Assembly: GCA_963667845.2 (NCBI GenBank)
Contig: CAXXVL010000002.1
Span: 32,001-96,000, forward strand
DNA: 64,000 nt
Direction of reading: 5' to 3'
Origin: Smithellaceae bacterium
Lineage (GTDB): Bacteria > Desulfobacterota > Syntrophia > Syntrophales > Smithellaceae
This document shows, one piece after another, positions 1-8,940 of this stretch. The translations under genes were made by a program, and so were the position numbers. Each line of letters begins with the position of its first letter. The first letter of the stretch is position 1. The notes beneath the pieces are model-generated. The model worked only from the letters and a program-made list of their open reading frames with translations, had not been told where the DNA came from and did no database searches.

Positions 1-1187
1 AGAACTTCCGTCTCCGGATGCAGGGGCGACTGGAAGTCCGGAATGATGCTGAGCACGGCATCGACATCCCTGGATTTGAGCAATTCCGTAAGTGCCGTAC
101 GGTATATCCCCCGGTAGTTGCGGCCGATCATGCCCATCGGCCAGATGTCGATGGGATGTCCGGCGTGAACCCAGTCCGGAAGACCGTGCTCTAATTTTTC
201 CGCGAGCCCTTCGGGAAGATTGCCGAGCGTCAGGCCAAAATCTTCACAGGCATCCGTGGCCATAATACCTGCGGCTCCTGTGGCCGTGATGATCCCGAGC
301 CTGTTTCCCGCAAGTTCCCCGAAGCGCAAAAGCGATCGGATAGCCACCGCCATCTCGATACTGTTCTTGACGCGGATCATGCCGGCGCGGTCAAAGGCGG
401 CGTCATTAACGGCATCTTCGCCGACCATCGACCCGGTGTGGGACAAAGCGGCTTTTGCGCCCGCCTGACTCCGCCCGGTTTTTAAAACAATGACCGGTTT
501 GCTGAAGGTGATTCGCGAAGCGGCTTCCAAAAATTTTCTGCCGCGGTGAACGCCCTCCATGTGCAGGACGATAATTCGCGTTTCGGGATCATTTTCAAAA
601 TATTCCAGAAGATCAACAAAATCCACATCGCAGGCGTTGCCGATATCGACGGCTTTGCCCCAGGTTTGATAGGCGAAATTCTGCGAGGCCACCTGGATGA
701 GGCCGGTCTGGGCAATAAGAGAGACGGGTGGCACGTTCCGCGGGACACGCAGGTCAATGAAGCCGGTCGAAAAGTTATAGAAGTTATTCAAAACCCCCAT
801 CGTATTGGGACCGAGAACCCGAACCCCGCTTTGCCTTGCCAGTTCGGATATCCGGGTTTGCAGGTCGCGGCCATGCGAATCGGCGTCGGAGAATCCCTGG
901 CTGATAATGATAACCCGGCGGATACCCGCCCGGATGCATTCCGTAAACGCCGGAATAACATGATCGCGGCCCAGGGAAATCAGGGCAAGATCCGCCGCTT
1001 CCGGTAGACTGGAAACAGAAGGATAGGCTTTAAGACCGCAGATTTCTCCCGCTTTGGGATTGATGGGATAGAGTCGTCCGGGGAATCCGTAGCGGAGCAT
1101 TGTCTCGATTCCGTTATACGTTCCCGGCCCCGACTTCCTCGGCGCTCCGATCATCACGACGGATTCGGGATGGAAAAATTTCAGCAT
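1..1187 (-). CDS. NDP-forming acyl-CoA synthetase / acetate-CoA ligase family, CoA-binding subunit (runs off the window)
   Basis: Translated by hand (absent from the ORF track): MLKFFHPESVVMIGAPRKSG...YPINPK...GFSD...RVLGPNTMG...DIGNACDV...KPVIVLKTGRSQAGAKAALSHTGSM (phospho-His motif)...HPIDIW. Confidence 0.88.
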   Translation of the reverse strand, partial: MLKFFHPESVVMIGAPRKSGPGTYNGIETMLRYGFPGRLYPINPKAGEICGLKAYPSVSSLPEAADLALISLGRDHVIPAFTECIRAGIRRVIIISQGFSDADSHGRDLQTRISELARQSGVRVLGPNTMGVLNNFYNFSTGFIDLRVPRNVPPVSLIAQTGLIQVASQNFAYQTWGKAVDIGNACDVDFVDLLEYFENDPETRIIVLHMEGVHRGRKFLEAASRITFSKPVIVLKTGRSQAGAKAALSHTGSMVGEDAVNDAAFDRAGMIRVKNSIEMAVAIRSLLRFGELAGNRLGIITATGAAGIMATDACEDFGLTLGNLPEGLAEKLEHGLPDWVHAGHPIDIWPMGMIGRNYRGIYRTALTELLKSRDVDAVLSIIPDFQSPLHPETEV

Positions 1188-1499
1188 ACGTAGAGAGGCA
1201 TCCTTTATCTATATTGTTCAAGTCTTCGCGGACACTACAGGTTACAGCCGCCATCTGTCAACAGAAATGGGATACCGGCTGGCCGGGCTGGATTACATTG
1301 GCCTCCGGCATCAATACCGCCGCCCCGGCGCAGCAGAATTCGACCACGGCAAATCCCTTTGATCACGGCAAGATCGCTAATTCCTGCCATACGGCAGGCC
1401 TTGTGAAGCTGACATCATTATTATTTCATTGACAGACCCCGCCGTTTTGAATAACCCTTCTGTAGAAACAATTAATCAATAAACATGGAGGAAGCTACG

Positions 1500-2282
1500 A
1501 TGATGAAGGAATTATTTTCTCTCAAGGGGCGCACGGCACTCATAACGGGTGGTTCGCGCGGGATCGGTCGGATGATAGCAACGGGATTTCTCGAACAAGG
1601 AGCGCGCGTTTACATATCATCGCGCAAGCCGGAGGCCTGCGATAAAACAGCCAAAGAACTCTGTGCCCTGGGCGAATGCATTGCCCTGCCGGCCGATGTT
1701 TCAACTGTTCTCGGCGCAAAGGCGCTTGCCGGCCAGTTTGCCGCGCGTGAAGAAAAGCTCGATATCCTTGTCAACAATGCGGGAGCCGCCTGGGGGGAGC
1801 CTTTCGATGATCATTCCGAAAAAGGTTGGGATAAAGTCGTCGACCTCAATTTGAAGGCGCCGTTCTTTCTGAGCCAGGCCCTGGCCCCGCAATTGCGCAA
1901 AGCGGCCGCAGACCGGCCGGCAAAAATCATCAATGTCTCCTCGATCGATGGCGTCATTGTCAATCCCATGGAGACTTATTCTTACGCTGCCAGCAAAGCG
2001 GGCCTGATCCATTTGACCCGCCGGATGGCTCTGCGCCTGATCAAAGACAATATCGTCGTCAGCGGCATCGCACCGGGAGCCTTTGCCTCGGAGATGAACA
2101 AGCTCGCCCGCGACCATTCCGACATGGTTGCCGCAGGCATTCCGGCAAAACGCATCGGGCGCGATGAAGACATGGCCGGGGCGGCGGTTTATCTGGCATC
2201 CCGGGCCGGAGACTACGTCGTCGGCATTACCATTGTCGTCGATGGCGGCGTCACGCTCAAAGCAGTCACTCTTGAATCCTGA
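1500..2282 (+). CDS. SDR family oxidoreductase
   Basis: TGGSRGIG, NNAG and YAASK motifs; GGAGG RBS before ATG 1500. Confidence 0.93.
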   Translation: MMKELFSLKGRTALITGGSRGIGRMIATGFLEQGARVYISSRKPEACDKTAKELCALGECIALPADVSTVLGAKALAGQFAAREEKLDILVNNAGAAWGEPFDDHSEKGWDKVVDLNLKAPFFLSQALAPQLRKAAADRPAKIINVSSIDGVIVNPMETYSYAASKAGLIHLTRRMALRLIKDNIVVSGIAPGAFASEMNKLARDHSDMVAAGIPAKRIGRDEDMAGAAVYLASRAGDYVVGITIVVDGGVTLKAVTLES

Positions 2283-2783
2283 GCGAAGGGAACAAAGGAC
2301 AAACCCCGGCATTTGCAAAACAGAAAGATCGATTTCTCCGATCGTCCGGTTTTTTGCGGTGAGCGGTTTTTTTCGGTCTCGAGAGAATTTGCGCATCTTG
2401 GACATGGAGTCTCAAGGATATCCCTGCCCGGCGCCCGGAGCTTTTTTGTCCGGAGCGCCGGGCAATGCGGATTATGACAGGAAAACAAATTCCGGCAGTT
2501 GCCGGATCTGAATAACAAATTGGCTATCACCTTCCCAAATTCTTCGTTTAATTTTTTCCCGGAGAACACTTTGCTGCGTAATCCTTTGATGCACTGGATC
2601 AGCAATTTCCGCATCTGGAATGACTGATTTTTTCAATCGAAAAATTGATAGTATTTACCTGTCATGATTCCCTTATTTAACTACCATTGTATATCGGCTT
2701 TTTTCCCTTAAGATTCCCAAAGGCAATCGATGCCGGTTAAGGTATCGCGTGCAGCATACATTACACCATAGGAGGATACGATC

Positions 2784-3173
2784 ATGAAATGGTTAGCCGA
2801 GTATGCGGACTATGCTTACGCCCTGTTACGGATTGTTGCCGGATTTATGTTGGCATTTCACGGTTCCCAGAAAATCTTAGGCATCCTTACCGAATTCCAG
2901 CCTCCGGTCGGGTCTCAGCTCTGGATTGGCGGAATTATCGAACTCATCGGGGGATTGCTCATCGGGCTTGGATTACTGACACGTTGGGCGGCCTTTATTT
3001 GCAGCGGCATGATGGCTGTGGCTTATTTCCAGTTCCACTGGAAGTTCCAGCTGGGCTCGCAGATCTTTCCGGCGATAAACAAAGGCGAGCTGGCGGTCCT
3101 CTTCTGCTTCGTCTTTCTTTATATTGCCTGCCGGGGCGGAGTGAAATGGAGCATCGATAAGAAAGACCGGTAA
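2784..3173 (+). CDS. DoxX family membrane protein
   Basis: LLRIVAGFMLAFHGSQK, ELIGGLL, GLLTRWAAF, NKGELA; AGGAGG RBS. Confidence 0.9.
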   Translation: MKWLAEYADYAYALLRIVAGFMLAFHGSQKILGILTEFQPPVGSQLWIGGIIELIGGLLIGLGLLTRWAAFICSGMMAVAYFQFHWKFQLGSQIFPAINKGELAVLFCFVFLYIACRGGVKWSIDKKDR

Positions 3174-3371
3174 CCTATCGAAGAAGCCGGAAGGTAAAAT
3201 ATCGAAGGGGTAAGTTGAAGGCGGCGTAAATCGCTTTTTTTTTTACTGCTCCGGATAGCGAGACAATTCTGTGCTGCGTTATCCGCCGATGATTTGAGCA
3301 GCGGTTCTCTCAGGATACCCGCATCCGAACTCAAGGCATAGGAAAATATTGAAATAATTAAAGAACAGCCC

Positions 3372-3400
3372 TTGACATTCGCCAGTGGAGATGTTAACTT
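3372..3400 (+). promoter_or_regulatory. Putative sigma70 promoter of the cold-shock gene
   Basis: TTGACA-17 bp-TAACTT, about 140 nt upstream of the csp ATG; long leaders are typical of csp genes. Confidence 0.55.
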
Positions 3401-3543
3401 GTTTTCAAGCATATAAGCTTGGATTAAGACATTTTGAGGTACAAAGGTTGACCACCATGTTCTTTGGAATCTTGGTGGTTTTTTCTTTCTATCATGGCGG
3501 AAATCCGACTTAAGGCAATATTTGAGAAAGGAGGATGAAAGCA

Positions 3544-3744
3544 ATGTCAGAAGGTAAAGTAAAATGGTTTAATGAAGGCAAAGGTTTCGGGTTCATCGAG
3601 ATGGATGGCGGTGGTGATCTGTTTGTTCATTTCAGCGCAATACAAGCCGGTGGCTTCAAGACGTTAACTGAAGGCCAGCGTGTCAGCTTCGATATCACCG
3701 AGGGCAAAAAAGGCCCGGCAGCCGAAAACGTGAAATCTCTATAA
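3544..3744 (+). CDS. csp: Cold-shock protein (CSD)
   Basis: [15 protein letters not shown] (RNP1), LFVHFSAI (RNP2), [10 protein letters not shown]. Confidence 0.97.
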   Translation: MSEGKVKWFNEGKGFGFIEMDGGGDLFVHFSAIQAGGFKTLTEGQRVSFDITEGKKGPAAENVKSL

Positions 3745-3762
3745 ATTAAAACTTGGGTAACC

Positions 3763-3803
3763 AGAGGCATTCCATCGGAAGTTGATTCTGTTGGAATGCC
3801 TCT
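3763..3803 (+). terminator. Hairpin downstream of csp
   Basis: AGAGGCATTCCA...TGGAATGCCTCT followed by TCGTTTT. Confidence 0.55.
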
Positions 3804-3859
3804 TCGTTTTCCACTTCATCGGTAACGTTGGAAAGAGTCATCAGCAAAGGAGTTTAAGA

Positions 3860-4051
3860 ATGGGAAGATCCATGTACAACTTTGGCAAGAATACCAAAGA
3901 AAAAGCAAGACAGCAAAAGCAGATGGAAAAGGCCTCCAAGCGCCTGGCCGCGAAACAGAATAAAGCGAATATCAAAGCGGACGCACCGGACGAAGCCGCG
4001 GATGCAATCGAAGCGAACCCTGCTTCCGACATCACCAAAGGCACGGCATAA
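3860..4051 (+). CDS. Small Lys-rich hypothetical protein
   Basis: AAGGAG RBS; MGRSMYNFGKNTKEKARQQKQMEKASKR, basic N-terminus and acidic tail. Confidence 0.7.
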   Translation: MGRSMYNFGKNTKEKARQQKQMEKASKRLAAKQNKANIKADAPDEAADAIEANPASDITKGTA

Positions 4052-4099
4052 AACGAACTGCCTTCCCAATAGAAGGTGTTCCATATTGAGGAGTTAATT

Positions 4100-4366
4100 G
4101 TGGTCCACATTTATACATGTAAAAAAAGTAGTATGCTCATTGACGAAATTTGCGTAGATACGACTTGTGAATGGCGACTGAAAAGCGAAGGATACTTGAA
4201 CTGCACCTGGGTTGCCTGCAACTACGGGCCCTTTACGCTGGAAGAAGTAGGCAATATGATGGGTGTCACCCGTGAAAGAATCCGTCAGATCGAAGCCAAG
4301 GCGCTAAAGAAACTTCAACACAAAAAACGCAGAGATGTCCTTAAGGATTTTGCAACACTGCAGTAA
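4100..4366 (+). CDS. Small Cys-rich protein with sigma70 region 4 HTH
   Basis: GAGGAG RBS and GTG start; 5 Cys in the N-terminal half; [28 protein letters not shown] resembles RpoD region 4.2. Confidence 0.85.
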   Translation: MVHIYTCKKSSMLIDEICVDTTCEWRLKSEGYLNCTWVACNYGPFTLEEVGNMMGVTRERIRQIEAKALKKLQHKKRRDVLKDFATLQ

Positions 4367-4555
4367 CCACCGGGAAAGCTTTCGTTGAAATCTTTGATGA
4401 TTCAGACTTGGCCCTAATCAAAATAATAATCTTCTGCTGATCTATATTAAGCAAGAAGAGGCCAATGTACAAAAAAGATTGACGCCGGCATTCACTCCCG
4501 CCGGCAGCCGCCGCATTCGGCGGATACCCGTTTCTTCATCCTCACGTTTCGCGCT

Positions 4556-4654
4556 TGAATCCCGCTCACGCGGGACGAGTGTTAATTCCCTGTCGCTTTC
4601 TGCGAAATAATGACGTCCATTTCATACCTCGACAGTCGGCTGAGAGGTGGTTGA
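4556..4654 (-). repeat. Modular palindromic repeat, long form (copy 1)
   Basis: Reverse complement: TCAACCACCTCTCAGCCGACTGTCGAGGTATGAAATGGACGTCATTATTTCGCAGAAAGCGACAGGGAATTAACACTCGTCCCGCGTGAGCGGGATT. Confidence 0.85.
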
Positions 4655-4674
4655 CTAAATGTTCCGCGGCGTCG

Positions 4675-5724
<1,050 letters not shown>

Positions 5725-5737
5725 TCATATTTTTCAA

Positions 5738-5836
5738 TCAACCACCTCGCAGCAAGCTGTCGAGGTATAAATGAACGTCATTATTTCGCAGCAAGCTGCG
5801 GAGAGTTAACGCTCGTCCCGCGTGAACGCGACTTAA
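5738..5836 (+). repeat. Modular palindromic repeat, long form (copy 2)
   Basis: TCAACCACCTCGCAGCAAGCTGTCGAGGTATAAATGAACGTCATTATTTCGCAGCAAGCTGCGGAGAGTTAACGCTCGTCCCGCGTGAACGCGACTTAA. Confidence 0.85.
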
Positions 5837-6310
5837 TATAGGCATCAAACCACCATGATCAACAGTAATCACGCTGAGTATGAAAATCCCCCTGGCCACC
5901 TTTACCAAAGACGACCAAGGGGATTTCCATATGAAGCGCTTACGCAAATCAATTACGGCAAGGCTATAGTCTATTCCTCTTTCGCAAGCAATGTCTTTTT
6001 AAGACCGGGAGGCGGCTGACATCGGTTCCGGTCCCAAGCTAGCTGCAATTAAACGGGATTTGGCGTGCCTTCCCGCATTATTCAATCATCCTGACCGGCT
6101 TATCAAGGTTATTCGGCACTTTCCCCTGGCAAAGATAAAAACGCCTCCGCGACCATCCTGATTTTCCTGGCCGCAATAGGGTTTTTTGAAAGACGGGCAG
6201 GCGCCGCAAAATATATTGCCGATATATGGACGCTGATAGCGACATCTACCATTCGCACTTGCCGAATAAATACAGGTGACTCGCAAGAGCGGACTGCGGT
6301 CGCGATTTTA

Positions 6311-7030
6311 CTATGACCCGGCGAGGGCTTTTGCCCCCTTCAGATATTTCAGCCTCTCTTTTTCCGGAAGTTTTTCGATCGCATAGCGCAGCATCGTCCG
6401 GGGCATCCGCTGACAATGTCTGTTGAGGAACCCCTTCTGGGCGGCCGGGTTGCGCTTGCCGATTTCGCGCAGCATCCAGCCGACGGCTTTATGGATCAGG
6501 TCTTCGGGGTCCATAAGCAGATTTTCGGCAATGATGAGTGAGTCGGCAAATTGATTCTGCTTGATGAAGTGAAACGTAGATATGATCGCGATGCGCCGCT
6601 CCCAAAGACTTGGTGAGCGAGTAAGCGAGTAAATCGGGCGTTTATCTCGATCCGCCAGATAGGGACCGACAATCAGGTATGCGGATAAATCGACGAGATC
6701 CCAGTTGTTGATGTATCGGGTGTTTTGCAGGTAAAGTTCGTAGACAGCCTTTTGATCGGCCCGATCGCCTTGCGAAAACTTCTGTACGAGCAATAAAAGT
6801 GCGCAGAGGCGTTCTTCATGATATTCGGACGCTAAGAGATGACGGACCTCTGCAAGCGGTGTATCTTTGAATTTCTTTGCCTGCTCGCGCAGCACCGGCA
6901 CCCGAATGCCGAGAAAGCGGTCCCCTTCGCCGTACTGGCCCGGGCCCGTCTTAAAATACCGCTGGGAGTGCTCGGCGATTTGTGGGTCGGCCAGGTCGCG
7001 GAGCATTTTTCTGATTTTTTGAGCGGTCAT
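6311..7030 (-). CDS. DNA alkylation repair protein (AlkD-like HEAT-repeat family)
   Basis: YFKTGPGQYGEGDRFLGIRVP, INNWDLVD, LWERRIAI, DLIHKAVGWMLRE, MPRTMLRYAIE. Confidence 0.92.
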   Translation of the reverse strand: MTAQKIRKMLRDLADPQIAEHSQRYFKTGPGQYGEGDRFLGIRVPVLREQAKKFKDTPLAEVRHLLASEYHEERLCALLLLVQKFSQGDRADQKAVYELYLQNTRYINNWDLVDLSAYLIVGPYLADRDKRPIYSLTRSPSLWERRIAIISTFHFIKQNQFADSLIIAENLLMDPEDLIHKAVGWMLREIGKRNPAAQKGFLNRHCQRMPRTMLRYAIEKLPEKERLKYLKGAKALAGS

Positions 7031-7124
7031 TTTATCCGGCGGCCTTCTTTAGGTTGAACACTCTATAAAAAGACTCTTGAGATATCGATAGTCGATCCTG
7101 CTTGTTTCTTTTAATTCTAGGGTA

Positions 7125-7265
7125 CCTGCGAGTATGTTCAGGTGCTTCCGTTGACGTATGCTTTGGGAGCCGAATAGAATCTCATCTCTGTCTGACGACA
7201 ATCCGGCCAATCCTTTCCGGGCGCCCTGTCGTTTGGTGATATGGCATACCGGGCATGGTGCTCAT
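7125..7265 (-). pseudogene. hicA: Degenerate HicA-like toxin remnant
   Basis: ATG overlaps the hicB stop (ATGA); reads MSTMPGMPYHQTTGRPERIGRIVVRQR*DSIRLPKHTSTE, with TGA at 7182-7184 where HicA has the G of RQRGSH; 3' end approximate. Confidence 0.6.
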
Positions 7266-7465
7266 ATGACCATTTCTATCATTTCGGAATTGGCGGCAAA
7301 TGCTTCATCATCTTCGATACGATCAAGATAAAGTTCAACCGCTTCCCTGATGTTTTTTAGAGCTTCTTCTCTGCTGCCTCCCCCGCTTACACAGCCCGGC
7401 AGAGACGGAACAACTGCCGTGTAACCTCCTTCCGGACTTTTTTCCAAAACAACCCCTATATTCAT
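7262..7465 (-). CDS. hicB: HicB family antitoxin (short form)
   Basis: VVLEKSPEGGYTAVVPSLPGCVSGGGSREEALKNIREAVELYL; GGAGG RBS. Confidence 0.9.
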   Translation of the reverse strand: MNIGVVLEKSPEGGYTAVVPSLPGCVSGGGSREEALKNIREAVELYLDRIEDDEAFAANSEMIEMVI

Positions 7466-7485
7466 GGCCTTGCCTCCGCGATTAT

Positions 7486-7543
7486 TCAACCACTCGCAGC
7501 AAGCGACAGGGAATTAACGCTTGCCCCGCGTAAGCGGGATTAA
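7486..7543 (+). repeat. Modular palindromic repeat, short form (copy 3)
   Basis: TCAACCACTCGCAGCAAGCGACAGGGAATTAACGCTTGCCCCGCGTAAGCGGGATTAA. Confidence 0.8.
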
Positions 7544-7693
7544 CAGGCTGTTGAAAAAGGCTCATCTGCGGCGTTACGTTTCGGCTCTCGCTGCTCACGT
7601 ACTTCTAAAGTACGCTCCGCTGCTCGATCCTCACGATGCCTTGCAGCTAAACCTTTTTGAACAGTCTGCAAAACAGGGTTTTTCAACACCCTG
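7544..7693. mobile_element. 150-bp MITE-like element with TTAA target duplication
   Basis: TIRs CAGGCTGTTGAAAAA / TTTTTCAACACCCTG (14/15 match); TTAA at 7540-7543 and 7694-7697; internal long imperfect hairpin. Confidence 0.75.
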
Positions 7694-7790
7694 TTAAAGA
7701 ACTGCTCCAATAATTATGAAAAAAATCTGCACGAGGCGTATTGTGTCAAGATCATTCATGGCAGATCCCTTATGATCGACGGGATGCTAT

Positions 7791-8018
7791 TTACTTCAAT
7801 AATATGGAAACGAGGATCGGCGCGAAATACAGAACGGACAGCGCAAGAACGGCAGCGCCGGCCCTGGCGGTGTATGTATCGATCCTGGCGATCACCTGAT
7901 CCCAGTCTGTCTTTTTAGCCCTGCGCATCTTTTCCCGGAACAATTCCTGATCGGCCGGCATGGTCCGGTTTTCGTTTATCGTTATCTGTATGGTAGAAAT
8001 ACCGCTCGCGATCTGCAT
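7791..8018 (-). CDS. Small protein with C-terminal TM helix, downstream of the lexA-like gene
   Basis: AGGAG RBS and ATG 8018; 75 aa ending AGAAVLALSVLYFAPILVSILLK. Confidence 0.6.
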   Translation of the reverse strand: MQIASGISTIQITINENRTMPADQELFREKMRRAKKTDWDQVIARIDTYTARAGAAVLALSVLYFAPILVSILLK

Positions 8019-8047
8019 CGTCTCTGCTCCTTGTTTCCTGATCCGCG

Positions 8048-8635
8048 TTACATCAGATATTTTCTGACGGAGGCGGTGATCACGCCGCCTATTTTGAGTT
8101 CTTCCCGGGGATAGATGGTGGGATAGGCCGGATTGGCCGCTTCCAGAACAATCTCCCTGCCCCGTCTGCGGAAATATTTCATCGTCCACTGGCCGTCGAC
8201 TTCGGCCAGAACAATGTCGCCGTTCTGGGGCGACCGGTTCCGGTCAACCACGACCAGATCGCCCTCCATGATGCCCGCGCCGATCATCGAATCGCCCGTC
8301 ACGCTCAGTAAAAAGGAAGATTCGGGTTTGTCCACGAGGTATTCGTCCATGGACACGACGTCGCGCGCGTTTTCTTCGGCGGATGTGGGAAGGCCGGCAG
8401 CAACGCTGCCGACCAGCGGGATGCCGAAGGAAATCCCTGACAGCTTGAGATATCCCTGGGCGTCTTTTTCGAGAATGCCTTTTTCGATGAGTTTGTCAAT
8501 CCAGTAAGAGACGACGCTTTTGGAGCGCACTTCAAATAAATCCATCATCTCGGTGTATGTAGGCATGCGCTTCTGGTTGCGGTAAAAAGAGACCAGGCTC
8601 TGCTCAACGGATTTTATGTCGCGGGTTTTTTTCAT
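8048..8635 (-). CDS. lexA: LexA family transcriptional repressor (winged HTH plus S24 peptidase)
   Basis: MPTYTEMMDLFEVRSKSVV HTH; VAAG cleavage site; VTGDSM (Ser) and WTMKYF (Lys) dyad; start reassigned to ATG 8635. Confidence 0.88.
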   Translation of the reverse strand: MKKTRDIKSVEQSLVSFYRNQKRMPTYTEMMDLFEVRSKSVVSYWIDKLIEKGILEKDAQGYLKLSGISFGIPLVGSVAAGLPTSAEENARDVVSMDEYLVDKPESSFLLSVTGDSMIGAGIMEGDLVVVDRNRSPQNGDIVLAEVDGQWTMKYFRRRGREIVLEAANPAYPTIYPREELKIGGVITASVRKYLM

Positions 8636-8642
8636 GGCCTCT

Positions 8643-8671
8643 CTTATATAGAACGTACGTTCTATTGTCAA
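8643..8671 (-). promoter_or_regulatory. lexA promoter with internal palindromic operator
   Basis: TTGACA-17 bp-TATAAG; perfect 18-bp palindrome ATAGAACGTACGTTCTAT (8648-8665) spans the spacer. Confidence 0.78.
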
Positions 8672-8940
8672 GCAGTTTTTTTTGGTGAGGCGGTTTTTCG
8701 GCGGTGATGTAACGATTCCTTGGAGAATAATCGTTCAGGCGGGCCTAAGTCCTTAGATTGCTTGCTGCATTTTCCTGGGATTTGACGGGGTTCGGCAGAT
8801 ATCCGCAGTTTGATCATTCGGCGGAAACCGGCGGTGCGCCCGATACGGTATATCAAGAACGCATCAACAATCCCGGATTCCGGGCCACGATTCGCTGGCC
8901 CGGAAGGACAGACAGGTTTTTATGCAGTTACGAACAGTTC

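Noticed and set aside
2213..2665. Minus-strand ORF and a short RBS-ATG frame between the SDR and DoxX genes
   Set aside because: No recognisable motif; it may be a decayed gene but I cannot support a call.
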